Shown here: piece after piece, positions 26,777 to 34,946 of the stretch
Numbering within the stretch: the first letter of the stretch is position 1
Layout: the number at the start of each line of letters is the position of its first letter
Made by a program: the position numbers and the translations under genes
Assembly: GCA_964452565.1 (NCBI GenBank)
Contig: CAYVLY010000001.1
Location: forward strand, 14,638-78,637
Reading direction: 5' to 3'
From: an uncultured Gammaproteobacteria bacterium
GTDB lineage: Bacteria > Patescibacteriota > Patescibacteriia > UBA9934
DNA length: 64,000 nt
Notes under the pieces: model-generated
Told to the model about the DNA's origin: nothing
The model's input: the letters and a program-made list of their open reading frames with translations, nothing else
Database searches by the model: none

Positions 26777-27130
26777 ATGACTGAGTTATTTAACAAAAAA
26801 CAAGAAAAAGAGAAGCGGAGGAATTTACGTTTTAATCAGACATTTGCCGAAAAGACAATTTGGTCACATTTAAGGAGAAAACAGTTAGGGGTTCGATTCA
26901 GGAGGCAGTTTGGTATTGGTACTTATGTAGTTGATTTCTACTGCCCAAAGAAATATTTGATCATTGAGATAGACGGGGATACTCATTTTGAAGTTCATCA
27001 GATCGAATATGATCTAAAACGTTCGAAATACTTTGAAAGTCTTGGGATGAAAGTTGTTAGATTTACAAATCAGGAGATATATCAGGATCTTGATAGAGTA
27101 TTGTTAACAATTAGGAATTTAATTAACTAA
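26777..27130 (+). CDS. DUF559 / Vsr-like endonuclease-domain protein
   Basis: YVVDFYCPKKYLIIEIDGDTH ... KVVRFTNQEI, the PD-(D/E)xK very-short-patch-repair-like fold. Start placed after the hairpin; the ORF track starts at 26729. Confidence 0.7.
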   Translation: MTELFNKKQEKEKRRNLRFNQTFAEKTIWSHLRRKQLGVRFRRQFGIGTYVVDFYCPKKYLIIEIDGDTHFEVHQIEYDLKRSKYFESLGMKVVRFTNQEIYQDLDRVLLTIRNLIN

Positions 27131-27143
27131 TTACCCCCTCCAT

Positions 27144-27200
27144 CTCCCCCTTCGAAAGGGGGAGGGTTGAGAAGCTAACCCCCTCCTTACGAAGGAGGGG
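27144..27200 (+). promoter_or_regulatory. Duplicated family-D hairpin leader (two hairpins incl. SD/anti-SD stem) upstream of 27219 gene
   Basis: ctccccc-ttcgaaa-gggggag then cccctcctt-acg-aaggagggg-ataggggagg. Near-identical to the 26740-26775 leader. Confidence 0.45.
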
Positions 27201-27218
27201 ATAGGGGAGGTTATTGAT

Positions 27219-28052
27219 ATGTTCATAATAAAATCAAGTGGAGAGAAGGCTGAGTTTGATCCAGCCAAAGTAAAACGCAGCATGTTGCGCTCAGGTGCAG
27301 ATGAAAAAACTGCAGATGAAGTTCTGAAGGATTTAGAAAAGAAGTTGCACAGTGGCATGACCACAAAGCAAGTCTATAAGATTGTTTTTGACGAGCTTAA
27401 GAATCGAAAGGCGTGTATTGCATGTCGGTATGACCTTCGCAATGCTCTGCTTCGATTGGGCCCGGCTGGTTACAAGTTTGAAAAATACGTTGCATCGATT
27501 TTGAACGCTTATAGTTATGAAGCATTTGTGCCAGAAGAAGAATATGAGGGATCATGCGTGATGCATGAAGTTGATGTTGTAGCAGAGAAGGATCATAGAA
27601 GGATATTTATTGAGGCAAAGTTTCGGAATCGTTTTAACGATTCTGTAAATCTAAAGGACACAATGGCAACATGGGCCCGGTTTCTCGACTTAGTTGATGG
27701 ATCAACTGTTGGCAAGTGTCCACATTTTGATGAGCCATGGATTGTAACTAATGCGAGGTTTTCTGATCGTGCGCGTCAATTTGGCATATGCAAGGGTATA
27801 CATATGATAGGTTGGAATGTTCCAAAGGAAAGAACTTTTGCGCAAATGGTAGATATCAATGCTGTATATCCTGTTACAGTTCTTGATGAATTAACGCAGG
27901 TCGAACTTGATAAGCTATCACATCATGGAATCATGCTTTGTAAGGAAATGTCGGAAATGGATTCAAATGAACTACAAGAAAAGCTTGATATATCTGAGCA
28001 TCGGGTTTTGGAGCTTATGCAAATGTGCTCAGATGTGATAGGGGAGGAATAA
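27219..28052 (+). CDS. ATP-cone domain fused to PD-(D/E)xK (restriction-endonuclease-like) nuclease domain
   Basis: N-terminal FIIKSSGEKAEFDPAKVKRSMLRSGADEK matches the ATP-cone. Central HEVDVVAEKDH...IFIEAKFR provides the D...EAK catalytic triad. Confidence 0.6.
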   Translation: MFIIKSSGEKAEFDPAKVKRSMLRSGADEKTADEVLKDLEKKLHSGMTTKQVYKIVFDELKNRKACIACRYDLRNALLRLGPAGYKFEKYVASILNAYSYEAFVPEEEYEGSCVMHEVDVVAEKDHRRIFIEAKFRNRFNDSVNLKDTMATWARFLDLVDGSTVGKCPHFDEPWIVTNARFSDRARQFGICKGIHMIGWNVPKERTFAQMVDINAVYPVTVLDELTQVELDKLSHHGIMLCKEMSEMDSNELQEKLDISEHRVLELMQMCSDVIGEE

Positions 28053-28103
28053 ATAATTACCATCCCGACGTTAGGACCTGCCTGCCGGCAGGCAGGGGGA
28101 TCC

Positions 28104-28143
28104 CGGCCGGCCTTATGAGATTCGCAGTCGGCCGTTTATTTTC
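28104..28143 (+). terminator. Terminator hairpin with T-run (preceded by family-B palindrome at 28062-28100)
   Basis: cggccg-loop-cggccg-tttattttc. Upstream: catcccgacg...cctgcctgccggcaggcagg. Confidence 0.5.
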
Positions 28144-28200
28144 TACAAAGCATGAACACCCCGTCGAGGCGGGGTGTTGTGTGTACGTTGCTAGTCATTA

Positions 28201-28491
28201 CTAGCAGGTATCTTTCAGGATGAAGAAGAGGGCGTTGTCACTCTCGAGGGCTACATAGTTGGCCAGCATCAGGTTCGAGACGCTCGCGATCAGGTGGGCG
28301 ATAGCCTCGTACTGGTGGGGCTCAAGCCCAGCGACAGTGAAGCCCTCGTTGCCGTTGTTGAGGATCAGTTGACCTTCAGCATCCCTCAGGATGATGCGGC
28401 CCCGGATCTGCTTGTCGAAGCAGATACGACATCCGGCAACTAGCTGCGTGCCCTCGCAACGCAGACTTCCCGTGTCCTTCGTGGTGAGCAT
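28201..28491 (-). CDS. Hypothetical protein, ~58% GC ORFan
   Basis: 96-aa ORF with higher GC than its surroundings. Hairpin acaccccg-tcgag-cggggtgt lies ~25 nt past the stop. No motif recognised. Confidence 0.35.
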   Translation of the reverse strand: MLTTKDTGSLRCEGTQLVAGCRICFDKQIRGRIILRDAEGQLILNNGNEGFTVAGLEPHQYEAIAHLIASVSNLMLANYVALESDNALFFILKDTC

Positions 28492-28601
28492 GGTCGCTCC
28501 TTTCCGGGTTTCATGCCGGAGTTCGGGGTCGAGGTATTCGACGCGTAATATTAGGCGAATTTCGAGATTTTGTCAATAGTTTTAGCTTTGGTGGTAGTTT
28601 G

Positions 28602-28630
28602 TTGACAGAATCTGGAGTATCCGTTACTAT
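28602..28630 (+). promoter_or_regulatory. Sigma70-like promoter for rpmB
   Basis: TTGACA-17 nt-TACTAT, ~25 nt upstream of the L28 ATG. An inverted TGTCAA...TTGACA pair at 28571-28607 may be an operator. Confidence 0.45.
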
Positions 28631-28652
28631 TACGCCTGTGAATACACCAACT

Positions 28653-28883
28653 ATGGCAAAGAAATGTGCTTTAACTGGCAAGAAACCACTAACTGGACAC
28701 AACGTCAGTCACTCAAAAGTAAAAACAAAGCGACGACAGAACCCAAACCTTCAAAAGAAGCGTTTGCTTAATCCTGCGACTGGAAGGCTGAAAACTGTCT
28801 TGATCTCAGCTCGAGGACTGCGAACACTTGCAAAGTGGCAGAAGGAAGGAAAGAAGTACGACCTGCGAGACCTGAAAGTATAA
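28653..28883 (+). CDS. rpmB: 50S ribosomal protein L28
   Basis: MAKKCALTGKKPLTGHNVSHSKVKTKRRQNPNLQ. Start at the internal ATG; the ORF track begins at 28599. Confidence 0.85.
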   Translation: MAKKCALTGKKPLTGHNVSHSKVKTKRRQNPNLQKKRLLNPATGRLKTVLISARGLRTLAKWQKEGKKYDLRDLKV

Positions 28884-28925
28884 ACAAAAAAGCATCCGGC
28901 AATAGCTGGGTGTTTTTGTTTTACC

Positions 28926-28960
28926 TGAGGACTGTGCACTGAGCACTGCGTACTGTATAC
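28926..28960 (+). promoter_or_regulatory. Conserved ~35-nt upstream motif (ACTGYGTACTGTRTACT)
   Basis: actgtgcactgagcactgcgtactgtatactatgag, immediately upstream of the 28982 start. Near-identical sequence at 54510-54550 and reverse-complemented at 52951-52988. Confidence 0.4.
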
Positions 28961-28981
28961 TATGAGTATAGAAGGAGGAAT

Positions 28982-30334
28982 ATGTCTAAAACAAAAAAAT
29001 CACTAGCGCATGTTGTAGCCGTAAACATGGGATATGGTCATGAACGACCAGCGCACTCACTTCGCCACTTGGCAACAAGAGGTAAAGTTGTGATTGCAAA
29101 TGACTATAATGGAATCCCAGAGGCCGATCAAAAGTTGTGGGAGGATGGTCGTAAGTTGTACGAAAAGATTTCTAGATTTAAGAAAGTTCCGATTCTTGGA
29201 AAAGTTGTTTTTGGAATCATGGATGAGTTACAAAAGATCCCTGAGTTTTATCCGAGACGTGATCTTTCAAAGTCGTCTCTTCAGGTGTGGCAATTTTATC
29301 AATTGATCCGACGTAAGCATTGGATGAAACATTTGATTGATGAGCTTGCAAAAAATCCAAAGCCATTAATCTGCACATTCATGACACCAGCATTTGCGGC
29401 AGAAGAGCATGGATACCCAGGTGAGATTTTTGTACTAGCAACAGATGCAGACATTTCCAGAGCTTGGGCTCCATTACACCCAAAGAAGTCACGTATTAAA
29501 TACCTGGCTCCAACTGGTCGCGTGCAGGAGCGCCTTAAGTTATATGGGGTTCCAGAGGAGAATATCGAACTAACTGGATTTCCACTTCCGATTAGTGCAG
29601 TTGGTGGTCCAGAGCCAAGGGCGATTTATAAAGATCTCGCCCGACGTATTTGCCACCTAGATCCAAAGGGTATATTTCTTCCAAGAGCATCAAAGACATT
29701 AGAGGCTCACATGGGGGTGAAGTTTTGCCCGTCATTGAAAAAGAAGAATGGAAAAGCGATTTCGCTTGCATTTTTAGTAGGGGGAGCTGGTGCACAGCGT
29801 GAGATCGGAGCTACAATAGCGCATAGTCTTAGACGTGAGATTAAGCAGGGTAAGATCAAGTTTACTCTTGTAGCTGGAACTAGACCTGAAGTAGCACAGT
29901 ATTTTGAAGACGCTATTCGAAAAGCTGGATTATCAAAAGAGCGGAAGAAGCAGCAGATCGATGTGCTTTATGAGACAGATCGTCAAAAGTATTTCACTGA
30001 GTTTGAAAAGCAGATTCGATTATTTGATATTATGTGGACTAAGCCGTCTGAAATCTCATTCTATACCGGATTAGGAATTCCGATCATCATGGCCCCAACC
30101 GTTGGGTCGCAAGAGGACTTTAATCGCCAGTGGATTGTGCAGATGGCAGGAGGTATGGAACAGTTTGATCCAAAGTATGCAAATGAATGGCTGTTTGACT
30201 GGATCAACTCCGGGGCACTAGCGCGTATGGCGTGGAATGGATACATTGAAGCACCAACACATGGAGCCTATCGAATTGAAGACGTTGTTGCGGGAAGGCC
30301 AAATACAATTCATGATTTACCGTTGGTGGTTTAG
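28982..30334 (+). CDS. GT28-family glycosyltransferase (MGDG-synthase/MurG-like fold)
   Basis: N-terminal VVAVNMGYGHERPAHSL (G-x-GH-xxA-xxL). C-terminal LAFLVGGAGAQ and GLGIPIIMAPTVGSQEDFNRQWIVQMAGG resemble the GT28 C-domain. Confidence 0.55.
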   Translation: MSKTKKSLAHVVAVNMGYGHERPAHSLRHLATRGKVVIANDYNGIPEADQKLWEDGRKLYEKISRFKKVPILGKVVFGIMDELQKIPEFYPRRDLSKSSLQVWQFYQLIRRKHWMKHLIDELAKNPKPLICTFMTPAFAAEEHGYPGEIFVLATDADISRAWAPLHPKKSRIKYLAPTGRVQERLKLYGVPEENIELTGFPLPISAVGGPEPRAIYKDLARRICHLDPKGIFLPRASKTLEAHMGVKFCPSLKKKNGKAISLAFLVGGAGAQREIGATIAHSLRREIKQGKIKFTLVAGTRPEVAQYFEDAIRKAGLSKERKKQQIDVLYETDRQKYFTEFEKQIRLFDIMWTKPSEISFYTGLGIPIIMAPTVGSQEDFNRQWIVQMAGGMEQFDPKYANEWLFDWINSGALARMAWNGYIEAPTHGAYRIEDVVAGRPNTIHDLPLVV

Positions 30335-30342
30335 CAGCCGAA

Positions 30343-30392
30343 GGTCCTGAGCGACTGAAGGGAGTCGAAGGGAATACAGAACCCAGAATGCA
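30343..30392. repeat. Composite repeat: family-C arm (cctgagcga...gagtcgaaggg) fused to family-A unit (cagaacccagaatgcaga), at left edge of GC-rich island
   Basis: gtcctgagcgactgaagggagtcgaagggaatacagaacccagaatgcaga. Confidence 0.6.
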
Positions 30393-30395
30393 GAT

Positions 30396-30423
30396 AAAAC
30401 CGGTTAAAAAACCGGTTTTTTTG
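30396..30423 (+). terminator. Rho-independent terminator
   Basis: aaaaccgg-ttaaaaa-ccggtttttttg. Confidence 0.7.
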
Positions 30424-30432
30424 TTTAATCTG

Positions 30433-30461
30433 TTGACATTTTTGCTAATGTTTGGTTAAAT
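30433..30461 (+). promoter_or_regulatory. Sigma70-like promoter at start of GC-rich island
   Basis: TTGACA-17 nt-TTAAAT, ~80 nt upstream of ATG 30540, which carries a strong SD AAAGGAGGAGGG. Confidence 0.35.
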
Positions 30462-30539
30462 CACCTGTTCCCACAAACCTTCGTGAGAGGGGCGTGAGTG
30501 GGATTGTACAACCCCAGCCCCCCGAAAGGAGGAGGGACT

Positions 30540-31352
30540 ATGAGAATCATCAGGAAGAGAATGCCCGAAGACTGGGCGCCCGACATTCCGGAATGGATGG
30601 ACCGTGACGATGCGCTCGAGCTCTACTGGCAGGCAGCGCTCAGGCACATGGCTTCGACGATGTTGAAGGTCTTCGCCCTCGGCGTGCTGGCCCCCATCGC
30701 TCTGCTGGTCATGCTCTGGCTCGGCTACAAGGGGATCGAGTGGAACTACAGCCTGTACTCGCTCGATCCGGTCGAGGTCTGCAGTGATGCGGACATGGAG
30801 CTCTGGCGTCACTTCGACCAGGACGGCAAGCGCACCGTGGCATGCATCATGGGTATCAAGCTTGATGACTTCGAGGACGACGTCTACGAGCACGATCTCT
30901 ATTTCTACAGCCAGGCCAAGTCCGACTTCTGGCCCTGGCCTGCGGAAGAGCTCTACTCCGAGAGCTTCGTGGTGCTCGAGACTGGAGAGCAGACCGATAA
31001 GTACCTCGAAGGAGAAGACATCGATCAGTTCATGGCTATGTGTTCAATCGGCGGTGGCGAGCTCATCGCTCGCAGTGGCGGGCAGTTGGAGATCGATGCC
31101 AAGATACTGGAGGGCACCCTCTCGGTCGAGGGCATCCAGCTCCACACCCGTGCTATGACCTGGTGCGAGAGTACCGGCGCCGGCGTTTTCTTCTACAGCG
31201 CTGATGCCCTGCGTCCGATCTGGGTGTGTGAGGGTGACGAGCCTGAGGAGGGTGAGTCGGACGAGCGCGAGTGCGACTGGAAGGTGACGGGCGACGACAA
31301 CAACGCTCAGCATCGCACGGTCGTCTCCGAAGATACGACCAGCGAATCCTAG
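30540..31352 (+). CDS. Hypothetical membrane protein (GC ~60%), island gene 1
   Basis: ATG with a canonical SD; the ORF track starts at 30498. One TM helix (VFALGVLAPIALLVMLWLGY), acidic Cys-containing C-terminal region. Terminator hairpin at ~31370-31420. Confidence 0.5.
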   Translation: MRIIRKRMPEDWAPDIPEWMDRDDALELYWQAALRHMASTMLKVFALGVLAPIALLVMLWLGYKGIEWNYSLYSLDPVEVCSDADMELWRHFDQDGKRTVACIMGIKLDDFEDDVYEHDLYFYSQAKSDFWPWPAEELYSESFVVLETGEQTDKYLEGEDIDQFMAMCSIGGGELIARSGGQLEIDAKILEGTLSVEGIQLHTRAMTWCESTGAGVFFYSADALRPIWVCEGDEPEEGESDERECDWKVTGDDNNAQHRTVVSEDTTSES

Positions 31353-31432
31353 CTGCAGGGCTAGAGGATGTCTACAACAGACACCGCCAAGGGAAGCTCC
31401 CTGTGGCGGTGTTCGTGCTTTTTGGCTAATAC

Positions 31433-31491
31433 TTGATTTATTTGGCGATTAATGTAAAACTAATGCGTCGAATCCGGAACTCAAACCGGCG
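31433..31491 (+). promoter_or_regulatory. Cassette promoter + conserved leader, copy 1
   Basis: TTGATT-16 nt-TAAAAC then leader gcgtcgaatccggaactcaaaccggcg (small hairpin ccgg-aactcaaa-ccgg). 43/45 identical to the copy at 32136-32194. Confidence 0.45.
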
Positions 31492-31513
31492 ACTAGCGGA
31501 TCCAGAGGATCGC

Positions 31514-31981
31514 ATGGGAAATAGCAAGTCCGGACGCATGCCGGCCCACAAGGCACTCATCGAGGGTCTTGACTACTTCATCGGCTGCGGTGGTATCGGT
31601 GAACCCCACAAACACGGCCAGCTCGAAAGGAGCAAGGGTGAGGATTGCGAGGTTCGCGAGGTCAACCATCTCGACGTGCTCGAGCCCTGGGTCAGGTATG
31701 TGATCCTGCCCAACGGCAAGGGTGAGGCACGCGGCATCGCTGAGCAAATCATTGGTCGTCTCGGTGAGCTGCATGAGATGGCGCTCTCCGAGGTATCCAA
31801 GAGCTTGATCTCGGGCATGATCCAGTCCCTGCAGGCCGACTACCTCAAGTCCGACAGCGACGCCGATGGGCACAGCGACAGCCACGTAGGTGAGGATCAC
31901 CTCGGGCCTGGCGAGTGCTCGCCTGGCATGGGGCAGGCTGCTGCGGCCATGATCGAGGACGAGCTCGAGCGGCAGGGCTGA
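31514..31981 (+). CDS. Hypothetical protein (GC ~60%), island cassette gene 2
   Basis: ATG 31514 downstream of the conserved leader. The opposite-strand ORF 31493..32020 has an L/A/V/R-rich composition typical of GC antisense and was rejected. Confidence 0.4.
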   Translation: MGNSKSGRMPAHKALIEGLDYFIGCGGIGEPHKHGQLERSKGEDCEVREVNHLDVLEPWVRYVILPNGKGEARGIAEQIIGRLGELHEMALSEVSKSLISGMIQSLQADYLKSDSDADGHSDSHVGEDHLGPGECSPGMGQAAAAMIEDELERQG

Positions 31982-32002
31982 GCGGCCTCGATCAGCGCGC
32001 AA

Positions 32003-32134
32003 GCGCACTACTACGTACACATCCCCGGTTATCGCGACCGGGGATTGAAGCTTTTTACAGAATGCAGAACCCAGAAGACAGAACCCAGATTGGAGTTTGC
32101 GGGTTCTGGTGTCTGGCGTCTGGGTTCTGTTATG
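32003..32134 (+). repeat. Cassette 3' module copy 1: terminator hairpin + family-A imperfect palindrome (~130 bp)
   Basis: cgcactactacgtacacat-ccccggttatcgcgaccgggg-attgaagcttttt then cagaacccagaagacagaacccagat-tggagtttg-cgggttctggtgtctggcgtctgggttctgttatg. >95% identical to 32652-32782. Confidence 0.75.
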
Positions 32135-32135
32135 C

Positions 32136-32194
32136 TTGACTTATGATCCGGCTAATGTAAAACTAACACGTCGAATCCGGAACTCAAACCGGCG
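32136..32194 (+). promoter_or_regulatory. Cassette promoter + conserved leader, copy 2
   Basis: TTGACT-16 nt-TAAAAC plus leader ...cacgtcgaatccggaactcaaaccggcgg. Confidence 0.45.
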
Positions 32195-32232
32195 GCAGGA
32201 AATTCATGAAGTGGCAAATAGGAGGAGAAAGC

Positions 32233-32640
32233 ATGGAATTTCAAGGTGGGCATTGGGATGTCACAGTTCTGTTAAAGGGACTGAGCGAGAGTGACGGCTT
32301 GGTGGGAATAGATCCGCGTATCGATACCTGTACAGGTCCCGAAGCCGGTACGTTGGAGGTAGTATGTTGCCTCTTGGGAACAGAACGCATTCCCAGGGAT
32401 CAGCTGTTGGGGTCAGTTCCGATTATGGTCCACTATCTTGAGCGTCTTATTGATGTGGCGATTGCAGAGAGAACCAAGTTGAAGCTTCTGCAAGAGATCC
32501 ACATCCTGCGTGATCAATGCGCACGGGCAGGCTTGGTGATTCTCACTGGGATCATCGATGACACTTTGAACTCTCTCAAGCTCAAGATCGCGGGTTGTGG
32601 TGAGGTCCGTTGCCATCGACATCGCAGAGGCCTTGGCTGA
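32233..32640 (+). CDS. Hypothetical protein (GC ~58%), island cassette gene 3
   Basis: ATG 32233 with SD AGGAGGAGAAAGC. No recognisable motif. Confidence 0.4.
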   Translation: MEFQGGHWDVTVLLKGLSESDGLVGIDPRIDTCTGPEAGTLEVVCCLLGTERIPRDQLLGSVPIMVHYLERLIDVAIAERTKLKLLQEIHILRDQCARAGLVILTGIIDDTLNSLKLKIAGCGEVRCHRHRRGLG

Positions 32641-32651
32641 TACACCCTGCG

Positions 32652-32782
32652 CGCACTACTACGTACACATCCCCGGTCATCGCGACCGGGGATTGAAGCT
32701 TTTTACAGAATGCAGAACCCAGAAGACAGAACCCAGATTGGAGTTTGCGGGTTCTGGAGTCTGACGTCTGGGTTCTGTTATG
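32652..32782 (+). repeat. Cassette 3' module copy 2 (terminator hairpin + family-A palindrome); right edge of GC-rich island
   Basis: Near-identical to 32003-32134. Its end overlaps an extended -10 (TGATAAAAT) for uvrD. Confidence 0.75.
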
Positions 32783-32798
32783 ATAAAATGCACAAGCT

Positions 32799-34895
32799 AT
32801 GAGCGAGTTTGTTTTATCCCCAAAACCAACAAAAGACCTAAAAATCGACTATGCAAATGATCTGAATGATCAGCAGTTTGATGTTGTACAGCAGGGTGAC
32901 GGCCCTGTTTTAGTGTTAGCAGGCGCTGGATCGGGTAAGACTCGCACTATTACTTATCGAGTGGCATGGCTCCTTGAACACGGTGTACAGCCAAACAATA
33001 TTTTGCTTTTGACATTTACAAATAAAGCAGCTCGAGAAATGATTTCACGCGTTGAAGGCTTGCTGGGCGACTCAGCTCAGGGTCTGTGGGCTGGAACATT
33101 TCACTCAGTAGCAAATCGACTACTTCGAAAGTACGCACCGAAATTAGGGTTTGAATCTAACTTTTCGATATTGGATCAAGAAGACTCGCGCGACCTTATC
33201 TCTTTGTGTGTTAAAGAGCTCAAGATCGATACAAAAGCTAAACGATTTCCATCAGCTAGAGTTTTGCAGGAGATCTTATCGTATTCTAGAAACTCGGGTA
33301 TATCGATTCCTGAAATGGTTGAGACGCGTCGACCGCATTTTGTAGCGCTTGTAAATGACATTACAGCTGTTGCCGATGCATACGAAGCTTACAAAAAGGT
33401 AAATAACTCAATGGACTTTGATGATCTGCTTTTGAAACTCTTGATGTTATTGGAAATCGATCCACAGGTCCGCGAGCGTTTAGCATCACAATTCCAATAC
33501 GTTTTAGTCGACGAGTTTCAAGATACCAATCATATCCAAGCGCGGATTGTGCAATGGCTTTCAAGCGTACATAGGAATATCTTTGTTGTTGGAGACGATG
33601 CACAGAGCATTTATTCGTTCCGCGCGGCTGATATTCAGAACATTTTGCAATTTCCAAACTCGTTTCATGATACAAAAACTTTTCATCTGACTCGTAATTA
33701 TCGATCAACTCCGCAGATTTTGGATATTGCAAACGATGTTATCGCATACAACACAAAACAGTTTGAGAAAAACCTCGAAGCAATGGCTGAGAGTGGTGAG
33801 GCTCCGCAGTTTGTTCCAGCCAATAGTCAAGGTCAGGAGGCGCATTATATTGTTGATCAAATATCAAAATTGCAACTACGAGGTGAATCACCAACTGAGA
33901 TCGCAGTTTTGTTCCGTGCTGCGTTTCACTCGCAGGCTTTGGAGTTCGAACTTATGCGGCGGGACATTTCTTATGAGTACCGCGGTGGTTTGAAGTTTTT
34001 CGAGCGCGCACATGTTAAGGATGCTATTGCTCATCTTAGATTGATTCACAATACAAAGGATGTATCTGCTTGGATGCGAGCTCTTAGGATTCATCCAGGG
34101 ATTGGAATGGTAACAGCGCAAAAGATTGCTCAGGCTGCATCAGAAGTTGATTATATTGACACAGTTTTCGAAATCATGCCTGTGAAAGGTGCAAAAGCTC
34201 TCCAAGGTTGGCAGTTATTTTTGAATTTATTGCGCGAGTTGCGATCGTCACTTCAAACTCCAGCTGATTATATTCGAGCACTTGCAGGATCAGGCACCTA
34301 TAAGGACTATTTAGAACATGAGTATCCAAATGCACCAGAGCGCTTGGATGATCTAGAGCAGTTCATCACCTTTGCAGAGCAGTATACTGATCTTCAAAGT
34401 TTTCTTGATGATGTGGCGCTTACACAAGAGTATGGTCAAGACGATGATCAGGATGTTTCAGATCGAATTATTTTATCAACCGTGCATCAGGCAAAGGGCC
34501 TTGAGTGGAACCATGTCTTTGTGATCAATGTCGCAGAAGGTGCTTTTCCGCATAAGAACTGCTCGTCTGATGAGGAGATCGAAGAGGAGCGTCGATTGTT
34601 CTATGTAGCTATAACACGTGCACGCAGCCAATTATATCTGACTTATCCAATGACAAGTGGTAGAGGCTATGACTATCAGCAGCATTCGATGTTTATTGAT
34701 GAAATCGAGGATAATCGATTAGATCGAGTTCAGCTTAAGACTTCTGGGCTTCGATTCAGCCAAGGCTTGAAGCAAAGATCAAACTCTGACAAGATGTACG
34801 ATGAACCTACAATTGTTCTTAGTGATGATGGGGAGGTTATAAGTCGGCCAAAACCAGCGTCATTTTTAAAAGATGTAGATGATTTGGGATGGTGA
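32799..34895 (+). CDS. uvrD: UvrD/PcrA-family ATP-dependent DNA helicase
   Basis: Motif I AGAGSGKTRTITYR, Ia LLLTFTNKAAREM, II VDEFQDTN, and C-terminal helicase motifs. 698 aa. Confidence 0.9.
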   Translation: MSEFVLSPKPTKDLKIDYANDLNDQQFDVVQQGDGPVLVLAGAGSGKTRTITYRVAWLLEHGVQPNNILLLTFTNKAAREMISRVEGLLGDSAQGLWAGTFHSVANRLLRKYAPKLGFESNFSILDQEDSRDLISLCVKELKIDTKAKRFPSARVLQEILSYSRNSGISIPEMVETRRPHFVALVNDITAVADAYEAYKKVNNSMDFDDLLLKLLMLLEIDPQVRERLASQFQYVLVDEFQDTNHIQARIVQWLSSVHRNIFVVGDDAQSIYSFRAADIQNILQFPNSFHDTKTFHLTRNYRSTPQILDIANDVIAYNTKQFEKNLEAMAESGEAPQFVPANSQGQEAHYIVDQISKLQLRGESPTEIAVLFRAAFHSQALEFELMRRDISYEYRGGLKFFERAHVKDAIAHLRLIHNTKDVSAWMRALRIHPGIGMVTAQKIAQAASEVDYIDTVFEIMPVKGAKALQGWQLFLNLLRELRSSLQTPADYIRALAGSGTYKDYLEHEYPNAPERLDDLEQFITFAEQYTDLQSFLDDVALTQEYGQDDDQDVSDRIILSTVHQAKGLEWNHVFVINVAEGAFPHKNCSSDEEIEEERRLFYVAITRARSQLYLTYPMTSGRGYDYQQHSMFIDEIEDNRLDRVQLKTSGLRFSQGLKQRSNSDKMYDEPTIVLSDDGEVISRPKPASFLKDVDDLGW

Positions 34896-34946
34896 TAAAA
34901 AGTGATAAGAGGTGATGAAAGGTTAAAAAAGTGGTAAGAGGATAAT

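Noticed and set aside
32003-32134. Canonical integron attC site with GTTRRRY core
   Set aside because: The palindrome ends in GTTATGC/GTTATGA, which does not satisfy GTTRRRY (T at the second R). No intI is present. The integron analogy is kept only as a structural parallel in the findings.
32041-32782. Possible CRISPR array, suggested by repeated cagaacccaga-containing units ~650 bp apart
   Set aside because: Only two or three copies. The units are long imperfect palindromes rather than short direct repeats. The spacers are 500-650 bp and contain full ORFs with promoters. No cas genes are present. It is better described as a cassette 3' module.
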